A stretch of 64,000 nucleotides of DNA from positions 13,186-77,185 of the forward strand of contig JAZOWN010000006.1 of NCBI GenBank assembly GCA_045659245.1. Direction: 5' to 3'. The position numbers and the translations under genes were made by a program. Source of the DNA: Eubacteriales bacterium (GTDB lineage: Bacteria; Bacillota; Clostridia; Oscillospirales; CAG-272). Positions within the stretch are counted from its first letter, which is position 1. Each line of letters opens with the position of its first letter. The notes below the pieces were generated by a model, which was not told the origin of the DNA, ran no database searches, and worked only from the letters and a program-made list of their open reading frames with translations. This document shows, one piece after another, positions 58,648 through 64,000 of the stretch.

Positions 58648-58998
58648 TTATTTCATTCTGCTTTCCATAGTGATGCAAGATGCGGTTAACATTCTTTTTA
58701 TTCTTCCGCAAAGATTACGATGTGTCTTAAATGTTTGCTCATCTATTGCCCCCGATGCAAAAATCAGCTTAAGCCAACTCTCGGTTTCTGCGCACTCCTT
58801 GCGGGCGATTTCAAACTTAGAGTGCATGTCGGCAAGGCTTTGTGGGTATTGTGCCTCCGTTATGTTGGCAAAGACACTTGAAGAGGATTTTTTTATTTGA
58901 AAAGTGATGTTTGAATCAATTTTGTGCTCAGCGCAGAGTTTAATGATTGTCACAGCCAATTCTTCGCTGTACTCTAAAAGTAAATTTTTCTTTGCCAT
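58648..58998 (-). CDS. four-helix-bundle protein (23S rRNA-intervening-sequence / Avd family)
   Basis: 116-aa all-helical protein. Its pattern LLEYSEELAVTIIKLC..SSSSVFANITEA..KFEIARKECAETESWLKL resembles the TIGR02436-type four-helix-bundle family. Confidence 0.7.
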   Translation of the reverse strand: MAKKNLLLEYSEELAVTIIKLCAEHKIDSNITFQIKKSSSSVFANITEAQYPQSLADMHSKFEIARKECAETESWLKLIFASGAIDEQTFKTHRNLCGRIKRMLTASCITMESRMK

Positions 58999-59021
58999 AT
59001 CAATTATACCTTTGCCTGTAA

Positions 59022-59186
59022 TTAATCACGCGTCAGCGTGTATGTAATCCGCAACTTGTTGCGGTATGGACTCGACACAAAGTGTCGTATGGAATCAAGA
59101 CCGAAGAAAAAATATTCGCGGATGAGCCGCAATTCCATGCAATTCGCAGAGCGAATTGATTCCATACTCAAGCCCTGCGGTCTTGA
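59022..59186. other. hairpin-dense structured intergenic element of unknown class
   Basis: There are four perfect short hairpins and one weaker 4-bp pairing. The four are CACGC-GTCA-GCGTG (59027-59040), CCGCAA-CTTG-TTGCGG (59049-59064), CGACAC-AAA-GTGTCG (59073-59087) and CAATTCGC-AGA-GCGAATTG (59140-59158). The weaker one is GCGG..CCGC (59118-59130). Long-range complements are also present: GTATGGAATC (59087-59096) / GATTCCATAC (59158-59167), and CAAGACCG (59096-59103) / CGGTCTTG (59178-59185). Confidence 0.4.
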
Positions 59187-59188
59187 AT

Positions 59189-59227
59189 AAAAACAACCTA
59201 AATCGCTCTGCGATTTAGGTTGTTTTT
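59189..59227 (-). terminator. 17-bp perfect hairpin terminator immediately 3' of tRNA-Lys (symmetric, bidirectional)
   Basis: AAAACAACCTAAATCGC (59190-59206), a TCT loop, then GCGATTTAGGTTGTTTT (59210-59226). Confidence 0.85.
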
Positions 59228-59302
59228 GGTGACCCACCGGAGACTCGAACTCCGGACCCCTTGATTAAAAGTCAAGTGCTCTACCGTCTGAGCTAGTGGG
59301 TC
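59227..59302 (-). tRNA. tRNA-Lys (anticodon UUU), CCA-encoded
   Basis: The minus strand reads GACCCACTAGCTCAGACGGTAGAGCACTTGACTTTTAATCAAGGGGTCCGGAGTTCGAGTCTCCGGTGGGTCACCA. The cloverleaf is complete: a 7-bp acceptor stem, GCTC/GAGC D stem, CTTGA/TCAAG anticodon stem with loop CTTTTAA, and CGGAG/CTCCG T stem with TTCGAGT. Confidence 0.95.
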
Positions 59303-59325
59303 AAGCGTATTTGCGCTACCTATAT

Positions 59326-59354
59326 ATGATACCATATTTTGAGTTGTTTGTCAA
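59326..59354 (-). promoter_or_regulatory. promoter of tRNA-Lys
   Basis: On the minus strand: TTGACA (59349-59354), a 17-nt spacer, then TATCAT (59326-59331). This lies about 24 nt upstream of the tRNA 5' end. Confidence 0.6.
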
Positions 59355-59416
59355 GTTTTTTTAATTTGGCGAGTTGAACAAAAACGGACTCGTATAGTAG
59401 CGCAAATATGTACTTT

Positions 59417-59932
59417 TTAGAGAAGCTCGCGTATTCTATCTGCCAATCTGTAAATGTTTTCGGGTATGATCTCGGGCAGGGGAGATTTGTCGGGATCGGG
59501 GGCTTCGAAGTCGTCATTTAACATGTCGGCGCGAAGTGTTTTTACTATCCACTTGTCGATCCCTTTAAGCTTTTGAGGCTTTAACTCACCTCCGAAAAAA
59601 TGAGTGCCGAGGGAGGGAATAAGCTGCTTAGGAATCTGCATTGAAGCATAGTCCTCAAAGCTATCGGTAAATCCACAGCAAATAAATAGCGCCGTATTCA
59701 TGTCGGAAAGCTTTTGAGCATGCGTCTTCATGTAAGCTTTAAGCTTTTTGTTTAGCTTTCCAAAACGTATTGAACCGCCTATTACCGCAACGTCAAAGCC
59801 ATCGGGGGATGGCGGTGCGTCGTTTATATCGTATACAGATACCTCAAAGCTGCCGGCTAATTTACCGTAAAGCATATTGACGCACTCCTTACTTACTCCG
59901 CCTTTGGTCGAATAAATTATAAGAATTTTCAT
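59417..59932 (-). CDS. flavodoxin-domain protein (short-chain, HemG/Flavodoxin_5-like)
   Basis: 171-aa protein with the N-terminus MKILIIYSTKGGVSKE (FMN phosphate-binding loop) and a downstream IGGSIRFGK block. A GAGGAAA RBS precedes the start. Confidence 0.75.
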   Translation of the reverse strand: MKILIIYSTKGGVSKECVNMLYGKLAGSFEVSVYDINDAPPSPDGFDVAVIGGSIRFGKLNKKLKAYMKTHAQKLSDMNTALFICCGFTDSFEDYASMQIPKQLIPSLGTHFFGGELKPQKLKGIDKWIVKTLRADMLNDDFEAPDPDKSPLPEIIPENIYRLADRIRELL

Positions 59933-59953
59933 GTTGTTTCCTCTATACGGAAG

Positions 59954-60052
59954 TTAAAACAAAAATATTAATACGGATGCGATTCCGCCCACAAGCATAA
60001 GTCCTGCAAGCGCCCAGCACATGATTCTTACAAATAAAGTAGTTTTATTCAT
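59954..60052 (-). CDS. candidate small hydrophobic protein (32 aa), not in the ORF track
   Basis: The minus strand reads ATG AAT AAA ACT .. TAA, giving MNKTTLFVRIMCWALAGLMLVGGIASVLIFLF. It has one predicted TM helix. An AAAGGA RBS lies 8 nt upstream. It sits between the parC-like gene and the flavodoxin gene on the same strand. Confidence 0.4.
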   Translation of the reverse strand: MNKTTLFVRIMCWALAGLMLVGGIASVLIFLF

Positions 60053-60071
60053 TGTATTTTTCCTTTCCGGA

Positions 60072-62315
60072 TCAGCCGTCTATTTTGAGCTGTTCGATCT
60101 TTGCCTCACCCGTGCCAAGCTGTTGACCGGAAGCGGGGATCTTCAGCTTGCGGCAGCCCTTTGTATCGGGATATCTTGCCTCAATGTTGCTTGTGCAGTC
60201 AACGATCTTCTGTCCCTTTTTCAAGGTCATAAGCGTAACACCGCCCGAGGTACGGGTAGTCTTCTGAGGAACGAGAGCGGTTTTGATAATTATTGCCTTG
60301 TCCGCGTTGTTGACCATAATAAAGTCGAACGGATCTTTTTCTTTCTCATAGAAAACACCTACCAAGGGAGAAGCGCCGGAACAGATATTAACCAGCTTAC
60401 GTCTTGGAGCTTTGGTTTCGTAAACAGTTGCGGGAATGCGAACACCCTTACCGTTTTCAAAGATGAATACGAAGTTTTCACCCTCTGACCAGCCCATGTG
60501 TATCTTCATAAATATCGGCTTTTCACCGTCATCCATGCCAAGCTTTGCAGGGAGATATTCACCCATGGCAGATGCCTTACAGCATTCAAAGTCGGCGGTC
60601 TTTACGCGATACAGCTGACACTTGTCGGTAACGAAAACAAGCTCGGAGAGGTTGTCCGTATCAAAGGACGAGAGTATCTCGTCGTTCTCTTTGAGCTTGT
60701 GCTCGTCGTTTCCACGCAAGGACTGCAAGGTTATCTTCTTGAAATATCCCTCGCGAGTCAGATAAACGCGGGCGTTGAAGTTCTCAATTTCCTCGGTTTC
60801 GTTATACGTTTCGATGTCATCGGTGTGAATGAGCTGTGAGCGGCGGGGCTGACCGTACTTTTTCTTGATCTCGGTAAGCTGTGAGGAAATAAGCGCCTTG
60901 AGCTTGAGCTCGTCCTTCAAGATGTCCTCAATATGCGCGATCTCATTCTGCAAGCCCTCGATCTCGTTGATCCTGTTAATGATGTACTGCTTGTTGAGGT
61001 TGCGCAGCTTGATCTCAGCGATATACTCTGCCTGAATTTCATCAATGTTAAAGCCCGACATAAGGTTGGGGATAACGTCCTCCTCCTTTTCCGTGTGACG
61101 GATGATCTTTATAGCCTTGTTGATGTCAAGCAGTATTTTTCCAAGTCCAAGTAAGAGATGAAGCTTGTCCTTCTTCTTTTTAAGGTCAAACTGAAGCTCG
61201 CGGGAGAGGCAGGATATTCTGAATTTTATCCATTCGGAGAGTATTTCCACAATACCCATTTGCTTTGGAGTTGAATTTATCAGAATATTGAAATTGCACT
61301 TGAAGCTGTCCTCAAGAGGAGTAAGCTTAAAGAGCTTTGTCATAAGCTTGTCGGGGTCCACTCCGCGGCGCAAGTCAAGCGTGAGCTTAAAGCCCGAAAG
61401 GTCGATCTCGTCGCGGAAATCGACTATCTCCTTAAGCTTTCCTTCCTTTACAAGGTCGGAAATTCTGTTAAGAATAAGCTCGATCGAGGTGGAGTAGGGA
61501 ATCTGTATAATATCAATACAGTTCTGCACCTTGTCGTAGTTATAGCGCGAACGGATCTTGACAGAGCCCGAGCCCGTTTCAAAAATCTGTCGCATGTCCT
61601 CGCGATTGTATATTATAGCGCCGCCACCGGGGAAGTCGGGAGCCTTGATTATATCGAGCATTTTCTCCGTAGTCAAGCGGGGATTTTTCAAGAGCGTGAT
61701 AGTTCCGTCGCAGACCTCCGAGAGGTTAAACGAGCAGATAGACGAAGCCATACCGACCGCAATACCCGTGTTGGGTGTTACAAGCACGTTAGGAAAGGTG
61801 GTAGGAAGCAGGACGGGCTCCTTCATGGTGCCGTCGTAGTTGTCCACCATGTCAACCGCATCCTTGTCTATGCCGCGGAACAGCTCACCACAGAATGAGT
61901 CGAGCTTTGCCTCGGTGTAACGCGACGCAGCAAACTTCATATTTGCAGAGTATTGCTTACCAAAGCTTCCCTTGGAGTCGATAAAGGGGTGGAGCAGCGA
62001 TTCGTTACCCTTTGTAAGGCGCACCATTGTTTCGTATATAGCCATATCACCGTGAGGGTTGAGCTTCATTGTCTGACCTACGATATTAGCACTCTTGGTG
62101 CGAGGACCTGTAAGAAGTCCCATTTTATACATGGTGTAAAGAAGCTTTCTGTGAGAAGGCTTGAGTCCGTCTATTTCGGGGATCGCACGAGAAACTATAA
62201 CGCTCATAACGTAAGGCATATAGTTTTTCTCAATAGTCTCGGTTATTATCTGATTTTGAACGGGGGCATATACTATTTCTTCAACAGTTTTTGTGTTCTT
62301 TGCTTTTTTAGCCAT
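60072..62315 (-). CDS. parC: type IIA topoisomerase subunit A, ParC-like (no GyrA box)
   Basis: 747-aa protein with DGLKPSHRKLLY and the catalytic-Tyr block AASRYTEAKL. The C-terminal beta-pinwheel lacks a QRRGGKG GyrA-box. No B subunit gene is adjacent. Confidence 0.75.
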   Translation of the reverse strand: MAKKAKNTKTVEEIVYAPVQNQIITETIEKNYMPYVMSVIVSRAIPEIDGLKPSHRKLLYTMYKMGLLTGPRTKSANIVGQTMKLNPHGDMAIYETMVRLTKGNESLLHPFIDSKGSFGKQYSANMKFAASRYTEAKLDSFCGELFRGIDKDAVDMVDNYDGTMKEPVLLPTTFPNVLVTPNTGIAVGMASSICSFNLSEVCDGTITLLKNPRLTTEKMLDIIKAPDFPGGGAIIYNREDMRQIFETGSGSVKIRSRYNYDKVQNCIDIIQIPYSTSIELILNRISDLVKEGKLKEIVDFRDEIDLSGFKLTLDLRRGVDPDKLMTKLFKLTPLEDSFKCNFNILINSTPKQMGIVEILSEWIKFRISCLSRELQFDLKKKKDKLHLLLGLGKILLDINKAIKIIRHTEKEEDVIPNLMSGFNIDEIQAEYIAEIKLRNLNKQYIINRINEIEGLQNEIAHIEDILKDELKLKALISSQLTEIKKKYGQPRRSQLIHTDDIETYNETEEIENFNARVYLTREGYFKKITLQSLRGNDEHKLKENDEILSSFDTDNLSELVFVTDKCQLYRVKTADFECCKASAMGEYLPAKLGMDDGEKPIFMKIHMGWSEGENFVFIFENGKGVRIPATVYETKAPRRKLVNICSGASPLVGVFYEKEKDPFDFIMVNNADKAIIIKTALVPQKTTRTSGGVTLMTLKKGQKIVDCTSNIEARYPDTKGCRKLKIPASGQQLGTGEAKIEQLKIDG

Positions 62316-62340
62316 TTACTTACCGTCCTTGATATATGTA

Positions 62341-63399
62341 TTAGTGGTGTTTTATGTTGTTTGGTGTTACGTGAAGCACGGTGTGTGCTGCCGCGCGAAT
62401 AAGGCGATTGTAGAGTGCAAGACCTATTCCGTCCTTGGTGGGAAGGTGAGCGTATACAACGTCGCAGTCAAGCTCGTCCACCTTGCGGAGCGCCGCAAAA
62501 AGTCTTTGTGCCTGCGCTTGAAGGTCATTCTCACTGCCTATGTCTATTATCCGCTCCGATCTTAATTTGTAAAGCTCCTCATGGTAGCAGAGTATAGCGC
62601 ACTTTTCTGCATTCTGCGCATTGTGCAAAAACTTCATAACGGTTTCGTTCTCACCCTCAAGCAGAACGAGCGGAACTGTGGGTGCATAATGCCTGTATTT
62701 CATTCCCGGGGAGAGCGGCTTTTCGTTTTCCGCAAGCGCCTCTGTAACCGCAGAGGATATCTCAACGTTCTCGCAAACGCACCTGAGCGCGTCCGCCGTA
62801 ATTGCGCCGGGACGAAGAAGAATAAGCTTGTTATCCTCAATTTTGACTATCGTGGATTCAAGTCCTATTTCACATTCTCCGCCGTCCATAATAGCGTCGA
62901 TCACGCCGTCAAGGTCGGAGATCACATGCGAGCCACAGGTCGGGGAGGGGCTTCCCGTGAGATTTGCGGACGGAGCGGCAATAGCAACTCCCGCAGCCCC
63001 TATCAGAGAAAGCGCGATAGGGTGAGACGGACAGCGTACAGCGACCGTATCAAGCCCACCGGTGACTCCAAAGGGAACAACGTCCTTCTTTTTTAAAATC
63101 ACCGTCAAAGGCCCCGGCATAAACGCTCTTGCAAGCTTTTCGTAAAGCTCGTTCGTATAGGCGTAGATTGAGGCATCGTCGGGCGAGGAAACGTGAATTA
63201 TCAAAGGGTTGTCCGACGGTCTGCCTTTAGCGGCATATATCTTTTTTGCGGCATTCTCATCGGTCGCCGATGCGCCAAGACCGTAGACGGTTTCCGTCGG
63301 AAAAGCGACAAGTCCTCCGTCCTTTATGATAGACGCACATTCCTTTATCGCCGAAAGGTCAGGGGTATCCATGGTGAATTTGAAAATTTTTGTCTGCAT
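62341..63399 (-). CDS. tsaC: L-threonylcarbamoyladenylate synthase, long Sua5/YwlC type (TsaC2)
   Basis: The YrdC domain carries GLVAFPTETVYGLGA, RPSDNPLIIHV and APSANLTGSPSPT. A C-terminal Sua5 domain follows. Confidence 0.88.
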   Translation of the reverse strand: MQTKIFKFTMDTPDLSAIKECASIIKDGGLVAFPTETVYGLGASATDENAAKKIYAAKGRPSDNPLIIHVSSPDDASIYAYTNELYEKLARAFMPGPLTVILKKKDVVPFGVTGGLDTVAVRCPSHPIALSLIGAAGVAIAAPSANLTGSPSPTCGSHVISDLDGVIDAIMDGGECEIGLESTIVKIEDNKLILLRPGAITADALRCVCENVEISSAVTEALAENEKPLSPGMKYRHYAPTVPLVLLEGENETVMKFLHNAQNAEKCAILCYHEELYKLRSERIIDIGSENDLQAQAQRLFAALRKVDELDCDVVYAHLPTKDGIGLALYNRLIRAAAHTVLHVTPNNIKHH

Positions 63400-63418
63400 G
63401 ACGTACTTCCTATGCGTT

Positions 63419-64000
63419 TTATTCCGATGCTTTGAGCTTTTCTGCGGTATCAGCGGTGATGAGAGCGTCTATCATATCGCCTATATTTCCGTTCAAAAAG
63501 CTTTCAAGCGAAAAGAGAGTAAGACCGATTCTGTGGTCGGTTATGCGGCCCTGCGGATAGTTATACGTGCGTATACGCTCGCTTCGGTCGCCTGTGCCAA
63601 CCTGACTTTTTCTGTCAGAGGCGATCTTATCGTTCTGCTCCTGCATCTTCATGTCGTAAAGCTTGGTTTTGAGCATCTTCAATGCCTTGTCCTTGTTTTT
63701 GAACTGACTGCGCTCCTCCTGACATTCGATAACAATACCCGTGGGCTTGTGAGTAAGTCTTACTGCGGATTCAGTCTTGTTGATGTGCTGACCTCCCGCG
63801 CCACTTGACTTGCAGGATTCAATGGTGATGTCAGCAGGATTTATCTCAATAGCCACGTCCTCTGCCTCGGGAAGCACCGCAACCGTTGCCGTAGAGGTCT
63901 GAATACGTCCTTGTGATTCGGTTTCGGGAACACGCTGAACGCGGTGAACACCGCTTTCAAACTTGAAGCGGGAGTATGCGCCGTCACCCTCGATCATAAA
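63419..64000 (-). CDS. prfA: peptide chain release factor 1, C-terminal portion (gene continues past the right edge)
   Basis: [19 protein letters not shown] is an RF1-type block. The GGQ motif is [38 protein letters not shown]. The frame stays open to 64000. Confidence 0.88.
   Translation of the reverse strand, partial: FMIEGDGAYSRFKFESGVHRVQRVPETESQGRIQTSTATVAVLPEAEDVAIEINPADITIESCKSSGAGGQHINKTESAVRLTHKPTGIVIECQEERSQFKNKDKALKMLKTKLYDMKMQEQNDKIASDRKSQVGTGDRSERIRTYNYPQGRITDHRIGLTLFSLESFLNGNIGDMIDALITADTAEKLKASE

Noticed and set aside
59061-59096. Possible TwoAYGGAY RNA motif, because AUGGAC and AUGGAA occur twice.
   Set aside because: As I recall that motif, the AYGGAY sequences sit in terminal loops. 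Here they lie between hairpins, and the second copy ends in A, not Y. A covariance-model search is needed before any such call.
58648-59237. Possible diversity-generating retroelement, because the four-helix-bundle protein resembles Avd.
   Set aside because: There is no reverse transcriptase gene and no template/variable repeat pair anywhere in the window. The short ORFs 58631-58900 (+) and 59022-59237 (-) are antisense or hairpin artefacts.

Overview
This is a 64-kb chromosomal segment from an endospore-forming Firmicute. It looks Clostridia-like because gpr and spoIIP are present; GC was not computed. No transposase, integrase, CRISPR array or rRNA was seen.

Layout:
- 1-12.1 kb: housekeeping and sporulation genes. 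These are pheS with a Phe T-box, an orphan OppA-like lipoprotein, gpr-spoIIP, an orphan CI/LexA-like repressor, a GT4 glycosyltransferase, mgtE, and ylxM-ffh-rpsP-khpA.
- 12.2-17.5 kb: a self-promoted three-gene operon encoding a TerB-N/TerB-C protein, a DUF2791/BrxD-type P-loop ATPase and an Lhr-like SF2 helicase. This matches the Shango (SngABC) defence architecture and is the clearest accessory system in the window.
- 17.5-58.5 kb: an uninterrupted 41-kb block of biosynthetic operons, all on the + strand, each with its own regulatory element. The units are: T-box(Ile?)-ilvA-ridA; T-box(Leu?)-ilvBNC-ECF S component-ilvD-leuACDB-ilvE; ARG-box array-argGHCJBDF-carA-carB; T-box(Trp)-orphan trpB; cobalamin riboswitch-DUF4430 lipoprotein-CbrT-like S component; ZTP riboswitch-purE-purF-purM-purN-purO-like-purH(AICARFT only)-purD-purL.
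- 58.5-64 kb, minus strand: a four-helix-bundle (Avd/23S-IVS family) gene, tRNA-Lys(UUU), flavodoxin, a 32-codon hydrophobic small ORF, a ParC-like topoisomerase A subunit, tsaC/sua5, and the 3' part of prfA.

Most unusual observations:
- the Shango-like triad;
- an in-frame CarB::DapF fusion (1343 aa);
- a PurF homologue whose N-terminus is MGGFFG, with no Cys1 nucleophile;
- two hairpin-dense intergenic elements of unknown class (6449-6626 and 59022-59186);
- an identical ARG-box-like 13-mer shared by the arg operator and the glycosyltransferase upstream region.

Many very long minus-strand ORFs in the track (up to 829 aa) are antisense shadows of the + strand genes and are rejected.
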